This document shows positions 12,354-25,700 of a DNA stretch of 64,000 bases, piece by piece. A model generated the notes under the pieces. That model was not told where the DNA came from and searched no databases. It saw only the letters and a list, made by a program, of their open reading frames with translations. The DNA is from Tubiluchus corallicola. Taxonomy: Eukaryota > Animalia > Priapulida. Each line of letters begins with the position of its first letter. The stretch's first letter is position 1. Position numbers and translations under genes: made by a program. The stretch is taken from positions 186,001 through 250,000 of the forward strand of contig JAQGDQ010000110.1 of assembly GCA_030141605.1 (NCBI GenBank), read 5' to 3'.

Positions 12354-15300
12354 CTACAATATCAAAGAGTCACAATCAGCACTGGTTTGCTGATTACGCA
12401 GGGGTCGTTTTCGCCGAGACCTTAAAGGTACTGCCTGAGTTTCTTTTTGGATACCTGAAACACAAGAAAGTACACAAGTCAAAAAATTTATGGTAAAAGA
12501 GCATTAAATGTGTCCTGTAGTGGCAAGAAGCAGTAGTGCCAAGCTAAACCATTTAGCTTAACCATAGGTTTTTCTCCTACACTCACATTGTCATTAAATA
12601 GCTTATTCTTTATGATCTAATAATGTTCAGATAGCCTACAGTAGACCTTTTCTACTTTACATCTCTTCTGCAGATTATTTTAATTGGCTTCATTTATTTA
12701 TTTATTTGATTTTTCACACCTCTTCTCAAAACTGGTAATCGGAAAAGTTTGCACGAAGTCACTTGCCACATGTGGTATACAAGTGTCTTGTGTTATTCAG
12801 TGCTCCGGCTACAATATTACTTGTCTTGTTCAATATTACGTCACTCAATTGTTAAAAAAAGTGTTTCTTTAGTGTGTGAAAACCTGTCTGATTGTTGTCT
12901 TCCTTTGTTCAAGCTTAGCAGTTAAAAACTCTACCTCTTTTTTCATGTTGCACCCTCAGTCGAATGCCTCGCTATCACATTGTAATGCATAATTACGATA
13001 AACTCGGCCAATTTTCAACAAATTTACTTACAAAAACAAAATAAATAGCAAAACGCTAAAGAAGGTACAAAATTTACAACAATCTGAAATAAAATTAGAC
13101 CACTCACCTCTTTCCAGGCATTCTTGTGTGCTTGGAAACTGAACTTCCCAGAAATGTTCTGGTGTGCTAGGTGGCGCATAGTGCGCCCGATGACGACCGC
13201 ACGCGTTCATGCGCTCTCTCTTCTGTTCTTCAGTCAAATCCATTGCATCATAATACTGTAAGATTTAATGTAGAAATTACACATATAACAAAGCTTCACT
13301 CTTTCACGACAATCTTTTGTATACGATGTACACATTAAATAGTTTAAACTGGATTAATTTAAATGTAAAAGCGTTTATCTACAGTTCCCGACAATAGGTT
13401 GCCATGGTGCTATGTCCATTGTCCTGCTCAGGCAGGCACAACATCACACCACTATCAAGTCAATCCTACTTAATAGTGAACAATCGTTATCTATGGTTCT
13501 CTGACCTTAGCTATGGCTTACACTACAGATAATTGTAGAATAATTATGGCACGATGCATCAGAGCATTCACAGTCTGTTGAAACCCAGAAAACTGTCAAC
13601 ATGACAATGAAACTTATTTTTATAAATAATAATCTAAATCAAAAAGTGTTCAGTTTTAAGAATCAGTCATACCACTAAAAAATATGAAAACCTTTGACAA
13701 AATGAACAAGTAATCAGAGAAACTGGCTTAGACAGTGGTTCCCAACCTTTTGTTGACAGCGACCCCTTTCCAGAATCTTGCATCATATGGCGACCCCACA
13801 CAAAGAACATAATCTCATGTTATACTATCAAATGTCGTTATCATTTGCATTTATTAATTTTAACTTACTATTCAACAAATTATTGAACAATGAGTGATTG
13901 TTTCATTAATTCGTCAATGTGATGATTGCGTCCGTTTCTCAGCGACCAGTATTGCAATGCAATAGGTATCCAAGGAGATCCAACCTAAAATGAATAGTGA
14001 CACGCTTTTGGGCTGTGTACACTGTGCACAAGTGTACAGCATGGAACAATGTGCATTTTTATTTTCCCGGATAATCAAGCACTGATACACCGCGTTTAGA
14101 GCGGGAAAACTCAGTTTCACTTTCCAGAACAAAATGATGTAATCAAAGACTGAAGAAACAAGACCTACTCACATACTTTTTATGAAAGCAGCAATTTTCA
14201 AAAATGGTTTTTGGACTAGCACGCAACACCACAAAAACTGCTTCCCAAACCCAGCTGGGGTTGCGAACCCAAGGATGGAAACCCATGGTTTAGAATCTAT
14301 GCACTTGAAAAAAGTGGAAACTGCTAGTTGTGATTACTCACCTTTTTGCACTGTGGGCAATCATAAGCAATAAGCTGACGACGCTGATCTTTCTTTCTGA
14401 CAACCTCTACGTATTTATAATCTGGGATGTCACGACTTGGTACACTTTTGCAAAAATTAAAACAAAACTGTAAGCTCAAGATAATAGCAAAACGTTGAAA
14501 AGGCACGAATTCAGTACAGAATGTTGTGATTTAGAAAATTAAAAAATGTAAACACACTAACTACATACTTTGTTTTAGGTATTAAAAATATTAATAAAAT
14601 TACGTTAGTGCAAAAATCGTTTTATTATCCCATTTATTATTATACAGTTATTAGTATGTGTCACGGCAACAATTTACAATGGTAGATACCTACAAACAGC
14701 ATTAGCTTATGCTTTTTGATGACAGCTTTTAAATTCTGGTGATACTACAACGTCCAATTCAATTTTTAGCAGCTTTCATTTTGACTTTTTTAGCTAAATG
14801 CAAAGACTCTCCATCTGTCGACTCACAAAACCAATATAATAAACAATTGTAGCACAAATATTGTAAGTTTTTGCAAAAAAATTATCATATCGTTAAACTC
14901 CAACATCTTGTTTGACATAGAAATAAACTGATGCAGTTTTTGTTAAAGACCCAGAGCAATCTAAAAAGCTGTAAGTTCACATAGAAAAAATGCTAAAGTA
15001 AATTTACTAGTTTCATCCAATTATTTTACCCTTGGACAATACCATAATAACTGATCATATAAAACCAGTAAATTAATTACCAATCAAAGCTGTCGTATAA
15101 ATCTTTTGCAGGTGATTTTAGCATTTTCGGGGAATCGGACACTTGCTTTAGATCATCAGATTTGATTTCAGTGCTCCTGTCATCAGGATTAACAGAATGA
15201 ATCTCTGAGTGCTCCACAGTCGAAGTATGCTTCGTTTCACGAATGCTCAGATTATCATCTACAGCTTTCAAGACTGCTTCATGATCCTTATCAACTTCCT

Positions 15301-18300
15301 AGAAAATTAAAATTATGCTGTAAATAATCATCTTAGCGTCAACTTCAAAGTTTTATTTTAATTTCAAATGTTTTCTCAAGAGGACACAAAAACGGAGTAA
15401 ATAAGCAAAACAAAGAAAACACTGAAATACGCATACAAAAGCCAATTGCATGATAAATTTTTAAACAAATAAGTTCAGAACAACGAATGTGTTCAACCTG
15501 AAGTCTCGTTCAATTCAGAATGCAGACTGAAGTCAATTACTTCATACAGACTTTAATAGAATTTTCAAATCAGTAAAACTTTCAATAAAAATTTGTATTT
15601 TGCATTTAAAGGAAGACAGGATGATTTTTCATATACTACCCCATTTTCAAGTTGGATAAAAACTATACATTTTAACATAATTAATACTGCAAAAGCGTTT
15701 CTGATAATTAAATAATAGATTAAAAACATAATTAACGGTGGGCGAGCCCAACTATTGATGACATCACAAACTAACATAATTTTCAACAGCAAAAATATTC
15801 TACGAGCGTGTCGCATGTATTTGCAAAAGCGAAAATTGAAGTACTTTGCTACTGTAAGATATTCAGTGAGTTGTACTAAAACTAGGCATGTTTTGAGATA
15901 AAAATTCAAATTTCAAATTTACAGATGTGCTCGTGAATAAGCTGTCGAACGGGTGTAGTTCATCAGAAACTAACACAGTTGAACTGAGAGGTACAGTATC
16001 TGTTTTTGTATAATGCATTTCCGAAATGCGGGCGCTAGTGCTCGTCTAACTAACGAATGGTGAAATCGATGTGACAGCAAAGAATCAGGGGCGGGAATGC
16101 GAAACTGTGTTTGTGCGGTAATAATTCTTTCACCTAAGTTATTTTTGAAAAAGTAGTATGTTTCCTTTCAATATTTTAAAGAAAGGGTTATTTTGACCTA
16201 CAGTTTAAGATTGGGTCCGGTTTTGCTATAAATAACAGAATGCACTAACATTATGATCACCGAGAGGACGTCTACGTCGCAAGGGCTTATGAGGTTTCTG
16301 AAAACTTTCACCAGCGTCATTTTCTTTACCATCGACTGTATCTATTAAAAAATAAAGGTTAATAAACTGTAAGTTTTTTTTACAGATATATATATCCAAA
16401 TACAACAAGTCTAAGAAGTTACTTTTTCTGTGGAATTGATTTTTATTCCTAAACTCAACAATAAAGCTGTTAAAATGACAAAGGTGATATGGTAACCTTA
16501 TAGCTTGGGTATCAAACTCAAGCTTTCTTAAAGAATGCTTTGTTAAAATTTCTCCAAAAACTGGCCAGGTAAAGCAGACAAAATTGCAGTCTATTTACCA
16601 CTTTCCAGCGGCCTATTTACTAATCGAGCTCCGCGCTGCTTACTTTCGCAGCAAACACACACACATCATTGCTATGTAGCTACTCACATTCTCTCGCATG
16701 AAATAATAAAACAGTTAAAAAGATACCGTTTTCGACCGAAAGAATGGAAATTTTCAATGCTTGGCGAAGTTCCCGGTGTTCTTGTGAATATACAGGCACA
16801 TCTCTATTTTTCATGGCTTGTCTGAATTTAGCGTCAGTCATGTCAGTTAATAATACTTGTTTCAACTTGGGTTCTGTGTTAAAATCTCGTGGCAATCTCC
16901 GTGGTGGTGTATTAGCCTGCTGATTTACGATGGATGATGGGGCATCTTGAATAATTCTAAATTCATCACTTGCACCTGGTAAACTTGCACCAAGAGTCCT
17001 CTCTCTGAGTGTCTTACTTCTTGTTCCAGATTTGCTCCTGCCAGATGAAATTTTCAATGGTTTTGTAGAAGCACCTCTCAGTTTACTCTTCCAGTTTGTA
17101 TCACAGACTTCTGCCTCGCTTACAGTACAGTGCGATTGCAACAGAGATGGCGAAAATGCAGTGACATCTGTAGCCTTATCATCTGGAGAACTATGATCCA
17201 GAAAGGATGATTTTGCATACTTATTTCCTGAATATTTTTTAGTTAGTTTCAGTTGTCCACCTTCGTCGAAAAGTGTAGGAGAATGTGCGATAGCATTGGT
17301 GACAATCACATCAGGTTCAGCTGTCAAGTTTTCATTTATTAAGCCATTCAGTGTTTCATCTTCATCATTTTCGTTGATTCCAAATACAGGAGAATTTTGA
17401 ATACGTGTTAGAGGGTCATTTGAAAGCTGTACATGTGTTTTGTCCTGCTGATCAGAAGTGCTTGTAGTTAGATAACATTCATTCACCTTTTCCTTGCAAT
17501 TAACAGAATTTAATTGTTCCAAATTTTCTGTCGGTAAGTCTTTGTCGCCATCATCTGATGCAACATTTATTGGAAATTCATCCTTACAATCCTCAGGTGT
17601 CATATCATCTTCATGATAAGACTGATCTGCAATACTGTTGGATGCTTTTAATTTCGACAAGTCCAGTTTGAGTTTGCTATCTTGTGAGCTGCCATTAGCA
17701 ACAACTTGTTGAGCTGCTAAGCGGGCAGGTATCCAAGTTTCGTCAAGATCTAATAAGGTGTCATCAGCCACTGCAGCACGTCTACCAAATTTCTCTGCAG
17801 TGACATTTTTCTTCTGATTAAAAGCTGGCATATCTTCACTTGCAATGCAACTGAAACCTTCAATTTGTCCATATTCATCTTCAACAATGTCTTTGTCAAA
17901 CCCTATTAAGAATAAAACAGAGCTTAGATATCTAAATTAATTTGTACATATGATTTTAGAAGCTTAAACTCTGACTGACTTATGAAAGAACAATATAGGA
18001 ATGGCAAATACGTCTAAAAGCTTTCAAAATTATGCTGAGGATTAAAGAAATGCGCAAATACTCATAAATGCGACTTAGATTAATTTCTCATGGAGGTAAT
18101 AAAATGTCAAGAAGCTCAATACATCAGTTTCTACAAAAAACTTGAATATCTTGACAAAGGAACGAATGTGGGAACTTACAATAATGAAAAATAAAATGAA
18201 CCACAGAAAAATGTTTCGAACAAAAATACGTTAACAAGACCATTTTAAAAATGTAGTATGACAATTATAAACAAATCAGACAATGCTTCAACACATTAGT

Positions 18301-20543
18301 GGTTATAAGTGTTACACCAATAAGCTTAAAACACGAATTTAACCTTATTAAACGTAATTTGTTAAGATTGTACATGTATATGATGTTATACATATTAAAA
18401 AAATAAGCTTACTCAGAGTTTCAGGAATCATGACGACCTCACTCTTTTTCTTTTCTTCATCCTTATGGTAACCAGCAATAACTGCCTGTTGATAAACATC
18501 GAATGCTGGAAGGTCATTGTCCAGAAATTCGTAATCCATTAAAAATACTCTGTCTTTTCTATCTCTTGGTAGATGTCCGTGCTCGCCCACATGGAATAGT
18601 TCTTTTGGGGATTGTGAATATTTGCTGCGTTTACAAATTCCATCTCTATTCTGTTCCGGGCTTCGAAGTCTTTTCAAAAATCCATCTCTCAAGTTTGGAT
18701 CATCTACTTGATTGTTGTTGGCAGTTGGCAACTTACTTAAATTACATTTTACTTCTGCTTCATTCATTGTCTTATCTACAGTGTAATGAACATTTCAAAC
18801 ATAATGTAGTAAAGCTACATACTGGACATTAAACAGTAGATTTTCATGCTCAACAGTCTCTCAAATGTTTGCCAATTCAAATACCATTTGCAATTGTTAT
18901 CTTGCATTAATTACATCCAGAATGAAGCTTATGTTCATTTTTTGGCAACAGAAGGTACCAAAAATTAAAAATAATTCTAATTTTAAAAATGTACTTCATA
19001 CTAGAAGATCAAACGACTAGTTAAAGAAACAATTTAACTTGACATTTCTAACAGTATGCGATACAACAGATACACCATTTGGTTTTTACATGCAGAAACG
19101 AAAATAAATGAAAACTTAATATTTGTATAATTTTATATGGGTTATTACAAAAAAGTAAGCTTCTTACTTAGAAAACCAGTAACAGAATCTTTTTCAGTGT
19201 ATAGCCCATCAGCATCAGAAATTTCAAAGGTCTTTCCACATGTAGGACATAAAGTCTTTTCTGATCGTAGCAGTTTGTTTTCCTTTAATAGATAATCTAC
19301 CCTTTTCTTTAGGGCTACAAAATCAAAAATTCACAAACATGCCAAAAACACAATTTTAGCACTAAGAACAAATCAATTGTAAGAAATAAGTAATTTTAAG
19401 AAAAGCAAACCAAAATACACAGTCAACTCAAATCAAATCTAATTTTTAACTTGTATCGACGACATACAAGTAGTTTATAACGTTACAGAAACCCTTGTTT
19501 TGTAAAATATGTCAAACACTCTTGTTGGGCGCCAAGTAACCCACTAGCCGTAGTAGGGCAATTTTCATACATGGTCTAGCCCAAGTAGGACGCGTCGTAC
19601 ATGGGCTGCCTAAGTAGGACACTAGAGACAGGTTGCAAATTGAGTGCGTACTGGCACCATCCGCTGTCCTTGTTAATGTAATAATAGTGATTAAAAACGT
19701 TAATACACGTTGAATAATTTATTATACATCTGATAAAATAAAAGAATTTTATTCTGAGCTAGAAGAATTAAAATTTGCCAATATTAATTTTCTTTGAAGT
19801 GAAATAAGGGCATTTTTAGGCGATTCCAACTATTGCTTAAGGTATATCATTGTTTATTTTGTCTTGCTTCACAGACAGGTGATCCTTTTCACTCCTTCTT
19901 GGACAAATAATTGTTTTCTACTAAGTAAACAGACTAGCAAGTTATGTGCCCTACATACATAGTTTCTCTCTTTAAAGCATTAGATACTTAGTTTAATGTT
20001 ATGATGATATTAATAGAACTAATAATAATGATGATATTGTTGTAAAAAATACATTTGTAAATTTTCAAGGACTATCCATCGTTATTATAAAGTTACTGTT
20101 TTTCTAAAACAAATTTAGTTTTATGTTTTATTATGTCATAAATCTCGATTCTCGACAGAAATCGCAAGTGTCCTATTTGGGCTGCTCATGTACGACTCTG
20201 CTTTTCCGCAAATTTAGCAAATGTGTTTTATCGGAAGTGTCCTACTTTGGCTAGTGGGCTATCCGGCGCCCTACACATCTCATTTGCTATCACAGTGACA
20301 GGCAGATAGCCGTAGACTAATCCACTCGTTCAAAGACCTAGTGCTTACTAGGATTAACCTTTAAATAAATCAATAATGTGTTACACTTTATACAAGCATA
20401 CCTTTCACTTCATAATGATGTAAGACACTGATCCGATGGAGATATTTCTCAATGAAGGCAGTGGCACTTAAATCCGATCCATCTCCCATACAAGAAGACA
20501 TATTAGCAGTAAGTTCTTCTCGAGTGAAATCGGATGAATTCAT
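12354..20543 (-). CDS. RBBP8: DNA end-resection factor CtIP (RBBP8/Sae2/Ctp1), 9 coding exons, about 829 aa
   Basis: Exons 20543-20402, 19314-19168, 18775-18413, 17902-16727, 16341-16250, 15298-15081, 14444-14342, 13255-13108 and 12454-12354 total 2490 nt in frame. The C-terminal Sae2 domain reads EVVRKKDQRRQLIAYDCPQCKKYY...CGRHRAHYAPPSTPEHFWEVQFPSTQECLERG (CxxC, RHR, CDK site TP, PIKK site TQ). The N-terminus has HHYEVKAL and CPTC. Confidence 0.93.
13733..14287. mobile_element. hAT-type MITE in a CtIP intron
   Basis: Starts cagtggttcccaacc...gcgacccc and ends ggggttgcgaacccaaggatggaaacccatg (degenerate TIR). The near-identical 8-mers ggcttaga / ggtttaga at the boundaries are consistent with a hAT 8-bp TSD. 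Confidence 0.6.
19523..20275. mobile_element. Non-autonomous TIR element in the first coding intron of CtIP
   Basis: Left tgggcgccaagtaacccactagccgtagtagggca matches the reverse complement of the right end, tagggcgccggatagcccactagccaaagtaggaca. The subterminal block tcgtacatgggctgcctaagtaggacact is also inverted at about 20168-20197. No clear TSD. Confidence 0.65.
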
Positions 20544-21329
20544 GCTGCTTGTTGGTCTATCAGGAGCTTGATGTAAAAAATATTAATCAACACTCAACAC
20601 ATTTATTAGTAACATAGTAACACCAATACACCACTCAGTGTTTCAACATTATTACCAATGAACTTAAAAGAAATAGTAGAACTGGCAATTGGAGCCCAGG
20701 TTCTAAAAGTGTCTGACTCTGATTCTATATATCAGGTAAATTAACCTGCGATTATAAAACAAAGTCAAAGTTTACTTCATAGCTATATAGTATACTATAT
20801 ATAATTAATACTTATAATAGTCTAAAATTTTCAGTAGGCCACATTACATTTACAAATGCCTTGCTCTGTACATTAGTACATAGGTTTACTTTTTCAGTGA
20901 TAAAACATGTATCTTTTGTTTTAGTTCATTTTCTTTTTGCCAAGGTGCGGCACATGGTATTTTTAGCAAATAAATTGAACTGAACTAGACTGACAAGTAC
21001 TTATACTCAGTCATAGCCAATAATCAATAAGCTTGAAGTTGACGACTAAAATAATGTCTACATTGCTCACCACCCAAGCACAGATTTAAACATTCGGCAC
21101 CCACCTCCTAGAATCCGTGCCACCCAGATGAATTTACCAGAGCCAATATTATTATTAGTTTGAAAATTTACTAGCTGGCATAATTTTGTTTCATTGCAAA
21201 AACGTTAAAGCGATCAAACACATTTCACTATTTAAACTGAAATGATTACACATGTACCTCACCGTACATGAGGAGTGAACACTACTATCAATAATTACCA
21301 ACTTAAAATGACGTTTAATAATAAATATT

Positions 21330-21490
21330 ATGTTTTAATGTTTATGCGGCTTTCAGTTCTTTTTTACAGCGCGCGCCACGAAACCTTTAGGCTTTACGGA
21401 AAGCTTTGCGGAAAGTCCTATTTTGCAAACTGTACCGGAAGATTTCTCATATTTCAGCTACTTAAGTTTTGTAAATCGGTTTTTCCAGTA
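21330..21490. promoter_or_regulatory. Probable bidirectional promoter region shared by CtIP and PSME3IP1
   Basis: Local CpG enrichment (gcgcgccacg, gcggaaag) and an ETS-like ccggaag lie between head-to-head genes. Both coding starts are preceded by acceptor-like sites, which implies upstream 5'UTR exons. Confidence 0.4.
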
Positions 21491-21690
21491 ATTGAACATT
21501 AATGGGTTTGATGTTTTGTATTCTTTAGTCTTTTCTTGCAAATTTCTGATTTTACCATCTTAGTGGATTTGTCTTTAATATTATCTCAGTTTTCATTTAC
21601 ACAACGTCGCGTTAAACGATAAAAATGAAGAGGAAACAAAAATAGCTATCGTATGGTAGTGCTGGTAAAGCTAAAAGTAAAAGAACCAAC

Positions 21691-22400
21691 GGCGCTATTA
21701 CACTTTCGCACCGCCTAGCTTTTCCTGGCCTATTGGTTGTTTTCACGCCTGCAGGCCAGAAAGCAGACCAACAGGCGTAATATACACCATTTTCCCATAA
21801 TATTATTGCTGCGTACGCTTTATAAGTCCAGATTAAAATCATGCATTACTTACCTACAGCCGCCATTAAAAGCTGCACGTGAATAACCGTGTTTACATCA
21901 CTGATGCGCAATCGCTCTCGCGCAGTGACGCGATGGCCCTTAACCTGTATTTTTAGTTTCTTCGCATAATTTATGATTATTAGGGTTGCAGCTACGAGAG
22001 TTTGTATCGTATCGCGGGTGGGCCTGGAACGGAACAGTTATTTATCATTAATTTTATTTATTACTGTAGTATTATTACTATTAGATTATAAAAAAAGTAA
22101 AGGTTTTTTCTTTATTTCGTAAATGCGGTGAAGATGAAAGTGTGTCACGTGCCTTTTAAGCTAGGCCCTGATAATGCATAAACTAGTACGAAATTCGTCA
22201 CGTGACCACACACACAAACAAGATGGCGATAGTCGAACTGTGAATACAGCGTAATTATTGGTAATTATGCCTAAATAAGATTAAATTAGATTAGCGGAAA
22301 CATTCACTGATGACGTAAGAATAATAGAATGATGACTTACGAGCCTAAAAATGAGTAATAACCTATAAAAAGCTAGGCGGTGCGAAAGTGTAATAGCGCC
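21691..22400. mobile_element. 710-bp non-autonomous DNA transposon (Mutator- or Merlin-like) with perfect TIRs and a 9-bp TSD
   Basis: A 33-bp perfect inverted repeat ggcgctattacactttcgcaccgcctagctttt (21691-21723 / 22368-22400) is flanked by the direct repeat agaaccaac (21682-21690 and 22401-22409). No transposase ORF. Confidence 0.9.
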
Positions 22401-22719
22401 AGAACCAACTCTTGACTGCATGGGTCATACACAGCAGGTGTTAGGCCTATCAGCAACCTGCAAATTTTTGAGCTGTTTTTAGGGCTTGGGCACGAATAAA
22501 GTTTTTTCTTTTTTTGTGCACATGATGCCCCATCATAACGACTTTCATAACCTTAGTGATGTCGAGTTATAATTAGCCACCACCAGATTCAAACTTGGCA
22601 TATTCTAAGTACCAACAGAATCAATGTGGTGCATAAACAAAGAGCACAAAATAGTAAGATGTTAAATACGATGTCAAGGCACTATGTTTAGTTACAATTT
22701 GTTATTCTAGCAAAGTGAG

Positions 22720-25700
22720 ATGAGTAATCTGTCTGGTTTAAAGTCGTTTGTTTCCGAAGCCCAGATTGAAGAAGCTCGAAGGAAGCGTCAAGAAGAATGG
22801 GAGAAAGTACGAACAGCCGATCAGCCTCTTGGTATGTTAAGATTCTATACACTATTTATATACAAACACCTAGAAAATGTCATGAGCCTGTAAGTAAACT
22901 TGTATTTTTCATAAGGGGCAGCTGGTCAAGTGACCAATAGGACTTTCGCTGCTCCTTCTCAGTTGCAATGAAATGTAAAATTAATTATGTCGAATTTTAA
23001 CTGCTATTGAGAAAATAAAATTGAATTGAATTGAGTTTGCACGTTGAATGGTCAGAGGATTTGAAGCTGAGAATCAAGATTTACTCGATTTTCAAATTGG
23101 CTGCTAAATGCAAAATTATATACATGTTGTTACAATGTACACTAATGTATCATAAATATGGAACTGATTATCGTTCATTAGTCACGGTATTACAGCCAGA
23201 GCTCCTGTGCCAATTCAGTTCTTGTCAGTTAGCTAACAATTTTCAAAATAACAAGGTGTGTGTGTGTGAACACACACAGAAACTGATGACATTACTAGGA
23301 TTATGCAATAGTTTATCTGAAAACGTTAGTGTGTATCTGAGTATTCTTCAGTGAATTCAAGTTTGGTGTTCGATGTATGATAATTAGTTAAATTTAAATT
23401 AATTTATAATGTGTGGATGTGCATTGGAATTGACATGTCACAGTGGTTACTTAAAGAAATTAAATTTTACGTTATTAAGTTTATCTGTCTTACAACTATT
23501 TAGCAAATTAATAATTAATTATTAAAATGACAGTTTTTTTGAGCTCGTGCTTTTTGCGAAAAAACTGAAAAATTGAAAAAAATAGTTCAGTTTAAACTAT
23601 ATCCCAGATTAAACTAAAATAAATGAAACACTAGACAAACGTACATCCTTACAGTGGTTCAAAATGTGACATGAAATGTATAGTATATGCAAATGTCTCT
23701 ATTTCTTCTTTTTGCTTAAAACAAAATTTCCGCAGCATAAGCCAGTAATGCAGATTAGATTCAGAATAACTGTAAGAGTTCTTTTGGGATGTCACTGTCA
23801 TATCATTTTAATTGGTCATGTAGATGAAGAAAAAATGAAAATAGAATAAAATGTTTGATGACTGTAGCTCTTTTCACCATTTTTATCCACAAGTTGCTTA
23901 TTGTTCTCTGTAAATTATTTACAGAATGTCCCGAGGAAGAATATGATCCTAGGTCGTTGTTTGAGAAGCTGCAAGAACAAAAAGAGAAGAAAGATGCAGA
24001 ATATGAAGAACAACATAAACTCAGTAAGTTATAAGCATTCCATAATGCAGTGATGTTCACAGTGTAATGGGAAGTGTGCACCACTAAAAGCCTGCCAGCG
24101 GTATGCTTTGCTTTAATTTCCTTACCAATGTGTGAATCACTGTCACATCTGGTGCAACCAGACATCCGTTCTTGGCTCTTTTAATTACACTTTTTTATTG
24201 AAAACTGTTGTTTTCATTAGAAGATTATATGAAATAGGTCTTTCTTGCTGACATAAAAAAGCACATGATTTCACTCTTGTTTTTTCCATAGAAAATATGG
24301 TTCGGGGTCTCGAATCAGATGAAGTGGATTTTCTTGAATATGTGGATGAAAGGAAGTCGGCGTTAGAAAAAGAAAAGCGCAAAGAAGAGCTGGAAGTATT
24401 AGAAGAGTACAGAATATCCTTTCTCTTTTGTATTTTAAACCATTTTGTGCCTTTCAGCTTTTCTTCTGTTATTTTGTGCAATTTGTTCATCAGTGCAATC
24501 CCTTTGCATTCTCTATTTAAGAAAATGCGTTTTGGCTTTTTGAGATACCAAAGGCAAAGAGCAGATGCATAGTTTATTTCAAACTAAAAATCTAGTCCAA
24601 AGAAACTGAAGGGCAACTTGGTTGCAAAACTGGCTTTTTTACGTCACTTTTTCATCTAAGTTGCATTTTTCAAATTTTTAAAAATTCAAAAATTCAAACA
24701 TCAAATCATGTAGTAGCAAAGCAAAGAGTGTAACATTAAACTACAAGATCGTGTTAGGTTTAATAAAACCTGTCATTTCTGATTTTAGTTTCAAATATAT
24801 CTTAACTTTTCTGTTAATATGAGTTTTTTGCCAGGTCGACGCACTATTCTTTATAGATTTTATTTTGGATACTTTTGTAGAGAAGCCACTTACTTCATTT
24901 TGATGTATGAATTTGCTAGCATTTGATTTCTAATGTACTGGTCAATCGAGTTAAATTCCCTGAACTGTACATACAAGGCGCTGACTGAGCAGAGTTTAGA
25001 GTCAACGCTAAGAGCAAGTAAGTCTGCCGAATCAACATCAAAGGCAACCGAGAAACGTCTTCAGAGTAAGGACAGTATGGAGAAAAAATCTCAATCAGCT
25101 TTGCTTGCAGGAGTCATTAAACGGAAGCCGTAAGTTTCCCAAATAATTACTTAACAATATCTTTTGTTGTTGTGTACATGTCTATATTAGACTACATGTG
25201 TTGTGTAACATTCACTACTTCTTTTGACCCTTTTTGCTTCATTAAATATTAGATTAAATTAGTTTAGTTTTAGAATGGGTTCTTGGAAATCCAGTTTTCT
25301 TTCCCTGGGACTCTTCTCTTTGGCATTATTCATCAGAAATTTTTTTCTCTCTTAAAGAGGAGAAAAGACAATTGAAAAAGTGTGTCCTAAAAACCTTCCA
25401 TACAGAGTTATATTACTTCGCATTGTTTGCTACAACTGGTGAAATGCGACCTTCCCAGTGTGCACCACTGACTTACCAAAAAACATATTATTAATCTTTT
25501 TCGCAAGATAAAATAATCTACGCTTTTGCTTAGTGCTCCCTTACTCGAAAATGTGCACTACGAATTCTCTGATTATTTTTTCGAATTTCATGCTTGTTTC
25601 AAATGACCTACCATCAACATAGCTGCTCTAACGGTCATTGCTGGAATTTAAATTTTCTTTGTACAACGTTGGTGTTAATACAAGCTCTGAAATATGGCAT

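Noticed and set aside
24414-24572. ORF read-through ([10 protein letters not shown]...) as the true PSME3IP1 C-terminus
   Set aside because: This is the start of the AT-AC intron. The family C-terminal motif is encoded downstream at 27752-27930.
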